64,000 bases of DNA from Myxococcales bacterium (GCA_037445065.1 JBBILD010000009.1:1-64000); one strand, 5' to 3'. Positions 47,226 to 57,616 are shown, counted from the stretch's first letter. Notes: generated by a model not told the origin, from the sequence alone. A program made the numbers and translations.

Positions 47226-48864
47226 ACCCCAGTTCCTTCAGGTTGGCGGCAATCGCGGCGTCGAGGCTCGCGGCCTCGGCCTGCTGTTCACGTACCGTCG
47301 CCACCAGCCGCTTCATCTTCTCTTCGAAAGGCTCGTCGTCGTCTTCTTGGACCTCGGCGCCCACGTAGCGGCCAGGGGTGAGCACGTAGCCGTGTTCGCG
47401 GATCTCTTCGAGGGTGGCGCTCTTGCAGAAGCCCGGGGTGTCTTTGTACCCCTCACCCCGGCCCTCTCCCGCTGGGAGAGGGTGGCCGAAGGCCGGGTGA
47501 GGGCCGCGAGTACGCCAAGCGTGGTAGGCGTTTGCGATGCGGGCGATGTCCTCATCGGTCAGTTCCCGGTGGAGGCGATCCACCATCCGGCCCAGCTTGC
47601 GGGCGTCAAGAAAGAGGACCTGGCCGCGGCGGTCGCGACCCTCACCCCCGGCCCCTCTCCCCGAGGGAGAGAGATGGCCGGATTTGTTGCGCGCGATGAA
47701 CCAGAGACAGGCGGGGATCTGCGTCGAGTAAAAGAGCTGGCCGGGCAAGGCCACCATGCAATCCACCAAGTCGGCGTCGATGATGCTCTTGCGGATCTCC
47801 CTCTCCCCCGATTGGTTGGAGGACATAAAGCCGTTGGCGAGGACGAAGCCGGCGTAGCCCGTGGGCGCCAGGTGGTGGATGATATGCTGGACCCAGGCGA
47901 AGTTGGCGTGGCGCACGGGTGGTATGCCATATTTCCAGCGCCTATCGTCGCGCAACCTCTCGCCGCCCCACTCCTTCATGTTGAACGGCGGATTCGCCAG
48001 GATGAAGTCGGCCTTGAGGTCGGGGAAGCGATCGTTGTGGAAAGTGTCGCCCTGCTCGATCCGACCATCGATGCCCCGGATGGCCAGGTTCGTCTTGGCC
48101 AGCCGCCCGGTGGTGTAGTTCAGCTCCTGCCCGTAGATGCTGATCTGGCTGCGGGCGCGGCCGCCGTTGCCGTTCCCCGTGGCGTGGGCCTCGATGAACT
48201 CCACCGACTGCACGAACATGCCCGCCGAGCCGCAGCAGGGATCGTAGACCCGGCCCTGGAACGGTTCGAGCATCTCGACGAGCAGCCGGACCACACACCG
48301 GGGCGTGCAGAACTCACCGCCCTTCTTGCCTTCGGCGCTGGCGAACTGCGAGAGAAAGTACTCGTAGACGCGGCCAAGCACGTCTTTGGCCCGGGCATCG
48401 GCATCGCCCACGCGGATGTTGGTGACGAGATCGATCAGTTGCCCGAGGCGCTGCTTGTCCAGAGCCGGGCGGGCATAGTCCTTCGGAAGGACGCCTCTGA
48501 GCGAGGGATTGTCGCGCTCCACGGCCTCCATCGCCTCGTCCACGATCTGCCCGATGGTGGGCTGGCGAGCGTTCTGCCGCAGCCGCTCCCAGCGGGCCTC
48601 GGGCGGGACCCAGAAGACGTTGGCGGCGCGGTACTCGTCCGGGTCCTCGGGGTCGGCGTGAGGCTCCTGCTGCAGCCGCTTGTGCTGCTCTTCGAAGGCG
48701 TCCGAGATGTACTTGAGGAAGATCAGGCCGAGCACCACGTGCTTGTATTCGGCGGCGTCCATCGAGCCGCGCAGGGCATCGGCCATGCGCCAACGCTCTG
48801 CTTCGTAGCCGACCGTGGCGGAGTTTGTCTCGGTCACTTGCCTTTTGCTTCTCCCTTTAGCCAT
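47218..48864 (-). CDS. hsdM: Type I restriction-modification N6-adenine methyltransferase
   Basis: [58 protein letters not shown]. Confidence 0.93.
   Translation of the reverse strand: MAKGRSKRQVTETNSATVGYEAERWRMADALRGSMDAAEYKHVVLGLIFLKYISDAFEEQHKRLQQEPHADPEDPDEYRAANVFWVPPEARWERLRQNARQPTIGQIVDEAMEAVERDNPSLRGVLPKDYARPALDKQRLGQLIDLVTNIRVGDADARAKDVLGRVYEYFLSQFASAEGKKGGEFCTPRCVVRLLVEMLEPFQGRVYDPCCGSAGMFVQSVEFIEAHATGNGNGGRARSQISIYGQELNYTTGRLAKTNLAIRGIDGRIEQGDTFHNDRFPDLKADFILANPPFNMKEWGGERLRDDRRWKYGIPPVRHANFAWVQHIIHHLAPTGYAGFVLANGFMSSNQSGEREIRKSIIDADLVDCMVALPGQLFYSTQIPACLWFIARNKSGHLSPSGRGAGGEGRDRRGQVLFLDARKLGRMVDRLHRELTDEDIARIANAYHAWRTRGPHPAFGHPLPAGEGRGEGYKDTPGFCKSATLEEIREHGYVLTPGRYVGAEVQEDDDEPFEEKMKRLVATVREQQAEAASLDAAIAANLKELGYA
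47450..47503. repeat. Nested palindromic element inside hsdM
   Basis: Outer CCCTCACCC/GGGTGAGGG enclosing CCCTCTCCC-GCT-GGGAGAGGG and GGCC-GAA-GGCC. Confidence 0.85.
47639..47672. repeat. Second palindromic element inside hsdM
   Basis: CCCTCACCCCCGGCCCCTCTCCC-CGA-GGGAGAG; same family as the element at 47450. Confidence 0.8.
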
Positions 48865-49060
48865 TTTTTCACCTCACCCAATGCCCAACGATCCATGCTG
48901 CTCGGCCGCGCGCAACGCCGCCCGCTGCAACCGACTGTCCGCGTGCCGAATTTATCTACTGATTTTACACCTGACTATCCCGCATCTCGCCGAGGGCCCT
49001 CGCCACGGCCGTTCGCGACTGGCCAACTCCGTGGGCGAGGATCGCCAGCCGAGCAGCTTT

Positions 49061-49400
49061 TTACGATGTGCTTTCCTGTACGAGCCAGCTTCTCCGGGGG
49101 TCAGAGATCTTCCAAAGGCTGTGGGGCGAGTCGCGTTTCATCAAGCCTTCCCGTACGAGGGTGTTCCGCCACCATGGGGCGCTCTTCTTCCAGGGCACGG
49201 AGCGCGGATCCGACGGCACCGGTTCACAATCGCATTGGTTGAGACCGCTCTTGAGCTTGGCGCCAACCTTTTCGAGGACCTCGCCAACGGGGGCACTGCC
49301 GCCGAGCTCGACCAAGGCGTGCAGAATCGGCCTTCGAAACGCCTCTTCCGCAGTGCGCAGCCCGCGCCCGAAGCGTCCGTTAGCGGCTCGAGGCGGCTTC
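49061..49400 (-). pseudogene. Mrr N-terminal-like winged-helix protein remnant
   Basis: GLRTAEEAFRRPIL.ALVELGGSA...W...PWWRNTLVREGLMK.DSPH.LW.IS; no credible start. Confidence 0.6.
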
Positions 49401-49459
49401 GGCGGACGTGCTTTGAGGCCCCCCTGTAAGACCTGCCCATTCGCGCTGGAGCGCCTTGA

Positions 49460-50052
49460 CCTTCTCAAAACAGATTTGTGCGGGCGCTCAAGTTCTGCGT
49501 CTGTAGCCGCCTGGGCGTTCTTCAGGGTCTCGAGCTTCTCCTGCACCGGCTCCAGGCGTGCCACAATGCGGCGTTGCTCCTCGAGCGGTGGGAGGGGTCT
49601 GGGGGGCGCTCCATAAGGCATCGAGACGGGTGCAGGGCTGACGGCCCCCTGCCATGTTGCGGTTGGCGTATGCAAGGAATCCTAGGGAGCGCTGGAAACC
49701 TCTTGAATCGTGCGGGCTAACTATATCGCGGCCTCAGAGCGATGCGGACACACCCAGTTGACGCAACGCCTTCGCCAAACGGGACGACCACCTTGTTGAG
49801 CCACGGTCTCCGCTTTTTGTAGGAGACAAAGCCGAGTCGGAAAGCGATAACTCGGCCCCTGATATCCGAATCCCGCACCTCAACCCTGCAGGGTTCTTCC
49901 CACTGGCCTGGAGCGACATGCTCCTTGGCGAAGTATCGGAAGCTCAAGTTAGGCTCGCCGCTGGTTTTCATGATCACCGGCTCACGCTGTCGCACCTCCC
50001 GCAGCCTTACCCGGCACCTGGCTACGGGGAGTGTGTAGGGTCCGTCGGTGAT
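49460..50052 (-). pseudogene. hsdS: Second, heavily deleted HsdS remnant
   Basis: ITDGPYTLP...VRLREV after an AAAGGGAG RBS (ATC in place of ATG); YKKRRPWLNKVVVP..EGVAST; PLPPLEEQRRIVARL...AQAATDAELE. Confidence 0.65.
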
Positions 50053-50142
50053 GGTTGGGTCTCCCTTTTTCTTTCTTTGGGTTGGGGCATGTTGCAACGT
50101 ATCCCAACATCGTTCTCCAACCACGATTCCCATTCGCTGTCC

Positions 50143-50708
50143 TGACCTATGGCGTCGGGGTTTTCCCGATCCAGATGCCACTGCGTGGGGTTTTCCAAAA
50201 TGTATTTGTGAATCCGTTGTAGGGATGTTTCGTTGCGAACGATGTGTTCGGAATCATTGCGTGGCCAGACAGGTACACCGAGCATACCACGATGTTCCTT
50301 GATGCGTTTGGTCGTGGCGCATTTGAATGCGCGGACAATCGCACCCAGGGAACCGGGCGCAACGTTGATGGCGGTAGGGGCTCAGTGCCGCTGCTCCCTT
50401 ACGATAAGATCCCGCGTCGTCACGACGTCATCGCCCAAAATCCAAGGGATCCGGTGAACGTGGTTAGGCATGACCACGAATTCGCCATTGTCCGACCGCA
50501 CATAGGGGCGGATGCATCCGGTGGCCATCCATTCCTAGCACGCGATCTCGCCCCATTCGTTTCATCGCATTTCCCCATCCACCACCTCGCCGAACAAACA
50601 TCCGCGGTCATTGGTAACGACGGTAACGAAATACGCTGCCGGTTGGGTGTAATCGTAACCCTCGAGGCGGATGGAACGCCGGTGAGGCGTTTCAGGATCG
50701 AGCCTCAT
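50143..50708 (-). mobile_element. Near full-length RAYT transposase pseudogene with three in-frame stops
   Basis: One frame: HRRSIRLEGYDYTQPAAYFVT...GEMR*NEWGEIAC*...FVVMPNHVH...*...SLGAIVRAFK..TTKRI...VWPRNDSEHIVRNE...YILENP. Confidence 0.85.
50374..50402. repeat. GTAG-type REP palindrome inside the RAYT gene
   Basis: GTAGGGGCTCAGTGCCGCTGCTCCCTTAC, an imperfect palindrome with GTAG/TTAC ends. Confidence 0.7.
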
Positions 50709-50734
50709 GATTCGCTGCTGCTCCCTTGCTTCAT

Positions 50735-50860
50735 CGCTCGTCCAGTCCTTCACCATAACCAGGATCTCCCGCTTGGGCTCCGGAGGGTCCGCCACGATCT
50801 CCACCCGCGAGGGAAGCACCTCGGTTTCCTTTCAGTTCGGGTTGCGGGCAGCAAGGTCTT
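50735..50860 (-). pseudogene. Possible C-terminal remnant of a second HsdM
   Basis: DLAARNPN*KETEVLPSRVEIVAD...REIL resembles HsdM C-termini (DL.A.NP...LP.P.EI); its position upstream of the hsdS remnant fits. Confidence 0.4.
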
Positions 50861-51037
50861 AGGCGCGCTACTTGAGCTCGTCGGCAGACACAATCTCGGT
50901 CAATGCCCACGCTGGTTGTCTCGCCCGCATGCGCCACGGCGCGCCAAGGTTAGGCCTTGCGCCCGCTCGGCCTCTTGGCGGGCCGACATGGTTCCCCGCC
51001 CTTGACTTGCCGGCAGCGGCAATCGAGAGAGTGGGTT

Positions 51038-52027
51038 ATGCCGCTCGACCGCTTCGGACGTGAGATCGACTACCTGCGCATCTCGGTGATTGATCACTGC
51101 AACTTGCGCTGCGTGTACTGCATGCCCTTACAGGGGCTCAAATTCACCCGCCCCGAAGAACTCCTTTCCGCAGAGGAAATCGAACGGGTCGGGCGGGCGG
51201 CCGTGCTGGCTGGCTTTCGCAAGTTCCGCCTCACGGGTGGCGAGCCGACCTTGCGCCCGGACTTGGAAGAAATCGTTTCCCGCTTGGCGGCGCTGCCGGG
51301 AGTGGCGGACCTGGCCATGACCACGAATGGGATCTTGCTGCCCAAGCTCGCAGCGCGCTTGAAGGCTGCCGGTCTCAAACGGGTCAACGTGCACCTCGAC
51401 ACGTTGCACCCCGGGCGCCTCCAGCGTTTGATGCGCTTCGGAACGGTGGAGGAAATTTGGGCGGGCTTGGAAGCTGCAGAGGCGGCCGGTCTGGTGCCGA
51501 TCAAGCTCAACGTGGTGGTGGTGCGCGATTACAACGACGAAGACGTCGTCGAGCTGGCGCGCCTGACGCTCGAGCGCCCCTGGCAAGTGCGCTTCATCGA
51601 ACTCATGCCGCTCGGCGGCGGCGAGGAAGCCCGCATCGCCCTGAGCCAGTTCGTGTCCAACGAGCGAGTCAAAGCTCGCATCGAGGCGGCTCTCGGCGCC
51701 TTGCAAGCTGTGCCGAGCGCGAACCCGGCCGACGAGGCGGTCCTCTACCGCTTACCCGGGGCGCGTGGCACTGTGGGCATGATCAGCCCGGTGAGCCAGC
51801 CCTACTGCGGTACGTGCAACCGCATGCGCCTTACCGCCGATGGCAAGCTCCACCTCTGCTTGCTGCACGACGACGAACTCGACCTGCGCGCTGCCCTGCG
51901 CGCCGGTGCCCGTGATGCAGAACTCGCGGAGCTTCTGCTTGCCGCCGTGCGCGCCAAGCCGACCGGGCATGCCTTATCCCGCGGGGTCGCCCCCGAGGAG
52001 CGGAGCATGTACCAGATCGGCGGATGA
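51038..52027 (+). CDS. moaA: GTP 3',8-cyclase
   Basis: DRFGR.IDYLRISV, CNLRCVYC, RLTGGEP, RFIELMP, CGTCNRMRL...C, terminal IGG. Confidence 0.95.
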   Translation: MPLDRFGREIDYLRISVIDHCNLRCVYCMPLQGLKFTRPEELLSAEEIERVGRAAVLAGFRKFRLTGGEPTLRPDLEEIVSRLAALPGVADLAMTTNGILLPKLAARLKAAGLKRVNVHLDTLHPGRLQRLMRFGTVEEIWAGLEAAEAAGLVPIKLNVVVVRDYNDEDVVELARLTLERPWQVRFIELMPLGGGEEARIALSQFVSNERVKARIEAALGALQAVPSANPADEAVLYRLPGARGTVGMISPVSQPYCGTCNRMRLTADGKLHLCLLHDDELDLRAALRAGARDAELAELLLAAVRAKPTGHALSRGVAPEERSMYQIGG

Positions 52028-52830
52028 GTCAGAGGAGTACGGGAGTGGAAGAACACGTGTTGCTGACTTCGATGGACGCGGGCATCGCGACGCTGACCCT
52101 CAACCGCCCGCAGGCGTTGAACGCACTCTCGCGCGCGTTGCGTCGTGCCCTCACGGAGGCCTTTTTGAGTCTTGCCCGCAATCCCGACGTTGGCGTCATC
52201 GTACTTACGGGCGCGGGGCGGGCGTTTTGCGCGGGCCTCGACCTCAAGGAACTCGCCCAGCAGCCACGCGAAGACACCGAGCAGGCGGTCAGCGGTACCG
52301 ACTTAGTGGCAGCCATGGAGCAGTGCCCCCAGCCCATCATTGGCGCCATCAACGGCTTTGCCATCACTGGAGGCTTCGAGTTGGCACTGGCTTGCGACAT
52401 CCTCATTGCCTCGAGCGAAGCCAAGTTCGCGGATACGCACGCGCGGGTCGGCATCATGCCGGGGTGGGGCTTGAGCCAGAAGCTCTCCCGCCTCATTGGG
52501 ATCTACCGGGCCAAGGAACTCTCGCTAACGGGCAATTTTCTCGACGCGCGCACGGCAGAAGCGTGGGGTCTGGTGAACCGCGTCGTGCCTCCCGAGGAAC
52601 TGTTGCCGACCTGCTACGCCCTGGCCCGCGACATCTTGTCGTGCGACCCGGTGCTCGTACGCCAGTATAAGCGGCTCATTGACGACGGCTTTGCACTTCC
52701 TTACGCGGAAGGCCGCGCGCTCGAGAGCCGGCGGGCGCGCGAGCACGCCGCCTCGCTCAGCCCCGAGGAACTGGCTCGCCGCCGCCTCGCCGTGCAGCAG
52801 CGCGGCCGCCAGCAAGCCAGCTCAGAGTAA
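52024..52830 (+). CDS. Enoyl-CoA hydratase/isomerase family protein
   Basis: LNRPQALNAL, FCAGLDL, AINGFAITGGFELALACD, FADTHARVG. Confidence 0.92.
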   Translation: MSQRSTGVEEHVLLTSMDAGIATLTLNRPQALNALSRALRRALTEAFLSLARNPDVGVIVLTGAGRAFCAGLDLKELAQQPREDTEQAVSGTDLVAAMEQCPQPIIGAINGFAITGGFELALACDILIASSEAKFADTHARVGIMPGWGLSQKLSRLIGIYRAKELSLTGNFLDARTAEAWGLVNRVVPPEELLPTCYALARDILSCDPVLVRQYKRLIDDGFALPYAEGRALESRRAREHAASLSPEELARRRLAVQQRGRQQASSE

Positions 52831-52839
52831 GCCCAGGCC

Positions 52840-55650
52840 TCAAGAAGCGCTGGCCACGAAGCGCACCTTGCGCCGCGCCGTACCGGCCACGTCGCTGCGC
52901 GTAAAGCGGAAGGGAAAGGTCTCACCGCGAATCCACTTGGGCGCCAAGTCCCCGTAATGGATGTCAGGCTGGATGCGAACAAACCGGTTGTCATCCGCGG
53001 TGCCACCAGGATCGCCGTTGTTCCCGCCGGGGAGCGAATTGATGGCGCGGATGCCGCGCGGATCCAGTTCCACCACAAAGCGCATGGAGGGGCCGCTGGA
53101 AAAGTCGAAGTTGTCACTATTCAAACTAAAGCCAGCCGGGTTGACGGTGGAGCGAAAGCCCGGCGCGGCAAACGGCCCCAAGTCGAAAATGTTCACTCCT
53201 GCCTGTCCGAGAAAATGCTGGAAGCGCACGCGGTGGATGAGCCCCCACAGCCAGTTTTCCTGCTCGCTGGTTTGGAACTTGCCTTCGAGGAAGGCGAGTC
53301 CTTCGCGCAAGGCACGCAGCAAAATCTCGTCGCGCGTCTCCACCTCGGGAGTACCGCGCACGTCCCACAGCGTGCTCTCTCCGTTGGCGCCTAGGGTATA
53401 GACGCGGAAACCTTCGTCCTGCCGATCCACATCTTCGAGCAAGTGAAGCAGGGCCTTGGTGGCATCGTCCCCGCCCGGCACTCCGATGCCCGTTCCGGCA
53501 AAGTCGTCGCCAAAGGTGAGGCGGCTCAAGCGCGTGAGAAAGCCGGCGAAGATGGAGGTGGCCACCGCATCGCGCCGCTGCTCGTCGCTCACCGGGGTGG
53601 CGGCCGGCGGCACATCGTCGCGGCCGTGCGCGGCATCCACTCCCGGCGCCGTGTCGAAGGGCGGCGAGCCGGGTTTCGCGACTCCCCACTCTTGCAGGCG
53701 CGCGAGGGCTGCGCGCATCGCATCGGTCACCAGCTCGGGCCGGTTCTGGGCGGCCTGGAACAGGAAGGGCAGCAGGCGCTCGGCTTCTTTCGAGCTGTGG
53801 TCGTACTGATAGCGGGCCAGATCCGCCATGGTGAGCTTGGCGTTGGCGGGCCGCACTTGCGCCTGATTGGTGAGGAGTTCGGTGATGCGCTGGGCGCGGA
53901 ACCCCTCAGCAAACGGGCCGCCCAAGTACACCTCGTCGTTGAGCGGATCGTTGTCGAGGGTCACACCGATGGTGTCGTTGTTGGCAGTGACCAGGAACCC
54001 CTGCGGCGGGTTCACAGCCTGCGGAACCTTTTCCGGCGGCAGCCAAAGCGTGTTGCCTTGGGCGTCGGTCAGCCACTCCGCCTCCCCGGTGCCCGGTAGC
54101 GGCAAGTACGGCACCGTGCCCGCCGGGCGCTGCGGGATGAGCACCTGCGTGGACCAGGCGATGTTCCCTTGCGTGTCCGCCCAGATCCAGTTCTGGCCAC
54201 CGGTACCAAAGTTCCGCAACGCGTTGCGGAAGTCCTGCACCGAGCGAGCCCGGTTCAAATCGAGCAGGAAGCGTGCGTCGTTGGTCAGCTCGTGGCCCGT
54301 CCAGCGGACACTCATACCGGTGGCCGCCAGCCCCTCGATGTTATCGGTCACATCCGGATCCGGCATGTTCGGCCCGTGGTGCGGCACGACTTCGATCACG
54401 AGCTGCAGGGGCAGACTGCGCCCGCGCATGACGATGGGTTCGACGACGCGAATTACGGGTACGCGCTGGCCGCGGAACAAGACGGTGCGCGGCGAGGCTG
54501 GGTAATCCGGCGGCGTCTCGATTTCTTCCACGTACACGTCGGTAACGTCGTATCCAGTGGTGGTTGCCCCCCAAGCGCCGTAGCGGTTGTGCCCCAGGAT
54601 GACCCCAGGCAACCCTGGGAAAATCACCCCAATGACCTCGTCGCCCGTGTCGGCCGCCGAGAGATGAATCATGTGCCACACGGGCGGATTGAACAACGCC
54701 AGATGCGGGTCGTTGGCGAGAAGCGCGTGACCACTGGCGGACAACTGCGGCGATACAATCCAATTGTTGCTGCCCGCCCCACTGCGCAGGCTGCCAATCG
54801 GCAGGGAGGCGAGCAACTCGTCGAAGGCGGCAGCCACTTCATCGAGAATCGGCCGCGGCGGCAAAAAGCCAACTCCCGCGCCACCCGGGGCCGCCGCGCT
54901 TCGCGCCACTCGTGGCTGCGCAGGCGGCAACACGGTGGTGGGCGCGGCAGGGGCGAAGCGAAACACGTCGCGCCACACCGCTTCTGGAAGGGCTTGGCGG
55001 ATGCGCGCTTGCTGCACCTCGTCATCACCAGAGTAAGACAGGCTAAACGCCTGCAGGCGCGCAATCGCCAGCACATCCGCTGGCTCCCAATCAGCGAGTT
55101 GCTCTGCGGTCAAACCCAGCACTCCGGGCAACGTGTACTCCGGCGGCAGGTGGGCACCGTTGCGACCCGCGCGCAGGTCAGCAAGCCAGGCGTTCACTCC
55201 GGCCGAATAGGCTTCGATCAGGCTCGCCGTTTCCGGGTCTACCTGCTGCACGTGTTCCCACAAGGCGCGGTGCAAGCGGCGGCCGTCGCGGGTGGTAAAC
55301 AAGGTGCGCATCTGCACGTCGGTGGAAATCGAAAGGCGGCCGAACAGTTCGCTCAGCCGACCGGTGGCGAAGCGACGGATTACGTCCATCTCCCAAAAGC
55401 GCGCTTGCGCAGTCAGGTAACCCTGCACGTACAAAGCGGTGGCAAAGTCGGGCGCGTACACGTGCGGCATGCCGATGTCGTCGAAGACCACCTCCGTGGT
55501 GCCGGCCAAACCCGGGAGGGCGATTGTTTGTGCCACTGGCAAGGAGGCAATCGGATCGGCCGCAGAACTCTCTCCATCGTCGCCGCAGCCAGTGACCCAA
55601 AGGGCAAGCAGTAGCGCAACCAATATCAGGGCGTGTCTTCGAGCCTGCAT
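52840..55650 (-). CDS. Penicillin acylase (Ntn hydrolase S45) family lipoprotein
   Basis: GGAGG RBS; lipobox VTGC; GMPHVYA, GSNNW, ANDPHL, NPPQGFLVTANN, GPSMRFVV. Confidence 0.9.
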   Translation of the reverse strand: MQARRHALILVALLLALWVTGCGDDGESSAADPIASLPVAQTIALPGLAGTTEVVFDDIGMPHVYAPDFATALYVQGYLTAQARFWEMDVIRRFATGRLSELFGRLSISTDVQMRTLFTTRDGRRLHRALWEHVQQVDPETASLIEAYSAGVNAWLADLRAGRNGAHLPPEYTLPGVLGLTAEQLADWEPADVLAIARLQAFSLSYSGDDEVQQARIRQALPEAVWRDVFRFAPAAPTTVLPPAQPRVARSAAAPGGAGVGFLPPRPILDEVAAAFDELLASLPIGSLRSGAGSNNWIVSPQLSASGHALLANDPHLALFNPPVWHMIHLSAADTGDEVIGVIFPGLPGVILGHNRYGAWGATTTGYDVTDVYVEEIETPPDYPASPRTVLFRGQRVPVIRVVEPIVMRGRSLPLQLVIEVVPHHGPNMPDPDVTDNIEGLAATGMSVRWTGHELTNDARFLLDLNRARSVQDFRNALRNFGTGGQNWIWADTQGNIAWSTQVLIPQRPAGTVPYLPLPGTGEAEWLTDAQGNTLWLPPEKVPQAVNPPQGFLVTANNDTIGVTLDNDPLNDEVYLGGPFAEGFRAQRITELLTNQAQVRPANAKLTMADLARYQYDHSSKEAERLLPFLFQAAQNRPELVTDAMRAALARLQEWGVAKPGSPPFDTAPGVDAAHGRDDVPPAATPVSDEQRRDAVATSIFAGFLTRLSRLTFGDDFAGTGIGVPGGDDATKALLHLLEDVDRQDEGFRVYTLGANGESTLWDVRGTPEVETRDEILLRALREGLAFLEGKFQTSEQENWLWGLIHRVRFQHFLGQAGVNIFDLGPFAAPGFRSTVNPAGFSLNSDNFDFSSGPSMRFVVELDPRGIRAINSLPGGNNGDPGGTADDNRFVRIQPDIHYGDLAPKWIRGETFPFRFTRSDVAGTARRKVRFVASAS

Positions 55651-55758
55651 GTTCCCTCCTTTGCTCCAAGCCAATGCCGCGGCGCAAGCGCCGCGGCAAG
55701 TCACAGCGGCTCGGTCGCTGCCACCGCCGTAGCTCTTACGCCTCCTGCTGGGTTGTCC

Positions 55759-56223
55759 TCAGCTCTTGCGCGCGCGCAGGATGTCGGCCACCTCGGGTAC
55801 GGCCTTGAGCAGCATGTCGAAGTGAGCCAGGCGAGGGCCGACTGTGGATGCCAGCGCCGCTTCGTACTCCCCCAACGCTGCTTCCAACTCCTCCCGCTTC
55901 TCTGGCACGATGCGCTCTTCGGGATCCAGGCACGCATTCACCTTCTCGGCCAGTTCCTCGAGTTTCTTCTCGCCCTCTTCTCCCAGTTTGGCGTGCAAGG
56001 TTTCGTTCCACACCGCCAAAAAGCCCAGCGTCGCTGGCACTTGCCGGCGGAGTCCGCCGCTCAACAGGTAGAGCTGCTGGGCGAGCCGCTGCGCGCTGTG
56101 CAGCGGCACGCGCGTCACCAGAGCCCGCATGCGCACCAGTTTGTCGCGCAGGCGCTGCAAGCCGATTTCTTCCGCCAGCAAGGTAACCGCTTCTTCGAAC
56201 TCCTTGGCGCTAAGATGTGCCAT
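55759..56223 (-). CDS. Hypothetical alpha-helical protein (154 aa)
   Basis: MAHLSAKEFEEAV...; coding-like composition; co-oriented with thiI. Confidence 0.7.
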   Translation of the reverse strand: MAHLSAKEFEEAVTLLAEEIGLQRLRDKLVRMRALVTRVPLHSAQRLAQQLYLLSGGLRRQVPATLGFLAVWNETLHAKLGEEGEKKLEELAEKVNACLDPEERIVPEKREELEAALGEYEAALASTVGPRLAHFDMLLKAVPEVADILRARKS

Positions 56224-56285
56224 CGTGCCTTTTGCTCCGTTTCGTGCGCAACGGCCCCGGCTTTTGACGTTTACGGCCAGGCGAG

Positions 56286-57479
56286 TCAAGCACGTGACGC
56301 GCTGGCCCCCGCATCCGCTTCGGGAAAGTGGAAGGTCAGCGTCTCGCAGTGCTCGCTCGCGTACTCCAGCATGGCAGCGAGGTCGAGTGCCGCTTCGGCA
56401 GCGTGAGCCTGTTCCACACTCATGCGGGTGGCAGGCAGTTTCGGGACGAAGAGTTGGCAACAGTCCTGATCGGGCTGAATGGAAATCTCGTACGTGCCGA
56501 TGCGCTCGGCTTGGGCACGGATCTCGTTTTTGTCCATGCCGATGAGCGGGCGCAAAATCGGCATGCTCGCTGCCTCCTGGATGGTGACCAAGTTCTCCAG
56601 CGTCTGCGACGCCACCTGCCCCAGGCTCTCGCCCGTGACTAACGCTTGTGCGCCGACGCTCTGCGCCAGCGCTTGCGCAATCCGCACCATCATGCGCCGG
56701 TAGAGCACGACGCGGTATGGGCGGGCCACCGCCGTCACGATCTGCCGCTGCAACTCGCCAAAGCGCACCACGTGCAGGCGCGACTCGAGTTGGTAGCGGG
56801 TCAGCAAGCGCACCAATTCGATGGCTTTGTCCCGGCTCGAGCGGTCTTGATACGGTGCGCCGTGAAAGTGAACGAACTCTACCGGGCAGCCGCGACGCAT
56901 CATGCGCCACGCCGCCACCGGCGAATCAATTCCACCGGACAGGAGGGCCACCACCCGCCCACTGGTTCCGACCGGCAATCCCCCGAGCCCAGGGAAACGC
57001 TCTGCGGACACGAATGCCTCGCGCGCCAGGATCTCGATCACGACTTCCACCTGCGGCCGATTGAGGTCCACCCGCCAGCCGAGCTCCCCTTGCAGAACCG
57101 CACCCACGTGCCGACACACTTCCGGCGAGGGCAGGGGGTAGCTCTTGTCGGCACGCTTGCAGCGTACCGCAAAGCTTTGTGCCTCGCGCCCGCGCACGAG
57201 GTCGAGCGCAGTTGCAGCGAGCGCTTCCACCTCCCGCTGGCTGGCACGCGCGAGCGCAAAGTTCGCAATGCCGAAGACATAGCCGAGCCGCTCCTGCACG
57301 AGCGGCCAGTTCGCGGACGCGGGCAGATCCACCACCAACCGCCCCTCCGCCCGCCGCACTCGGCCGGCACCGGTGCCACGCAAGATGGCCGCTACGTTCC
57401 GTCGCAGGCGCTCGACGAAAAACGGCCGATTGCGCTGCTTGAGCGCGATTTCGTGGTAATGGATGACGACCCGATCCAC
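56286..57479 (-). CDS. thiI: tRNA 4-thiouridine synthase (no rhodanese domain)
   Basis: HYHEIALK..NR, THUMP (SFAVRCKR.DK), PP-loop LSGGIDSPVA, TGESLGQVASQT, RPLIG.DK, DCC. Confidence 0.93.
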   Translation of the reverse strand: MDRVVIHYHEIALKQRNRPFFVERLRRNVAAILRGTGAGRVRRAEGRLVVDLPASANWPLVQERLGYVFGIANFALARASQREVEALAATALDLVRGREAQSFAVRCKRADKSYPLPSPEVCRHVGAVLQGELGWRVDLNRPQVEVVIEILAREAFVSAERFPGLGGLPVGTSGRVVALLSGGIDSPVAAWRMMRRGCPVEFVHFHGAPYQDRSSRDKAIELVRLLTRYQLESRLHVVRFGELQRQIVTAVARPYRVVLYRRMMVRIAQALAQSVGAQALVTGESLGQVASQTLENLVTIQEAASMPILRPLIGMDKNEIRAQAERIGTYEISIQPDQDCCQLFVPKLPATRMSVEQAHAAEAALDLAAMLEYASEHCETLTFHFPEADAGASASRA

Positions 57480-57616
57480 TGGCGTGCCTCTCCCGTTTAC
57501 CAGCCTCCGGCGCGCCGGTGATAGTGGAGTCGGGTGACCGCTTCCAGGCGCTTGGGCTCAGCGCGCCTTCCGTGCTAAGAGTGCGCCTCGCGTTTTGCGC
57601 GGGGGCAGTGGCCGCC

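Noticed and set aside
47347..49242. 631-aa plus-strand ORF
   Set aside because: Antisense shadow of hsdM.
49061..49675. HsdS-Mrr fusion protein
   Set aside because: More likely a chance in-frame join of two decayed remnants with no credible start.
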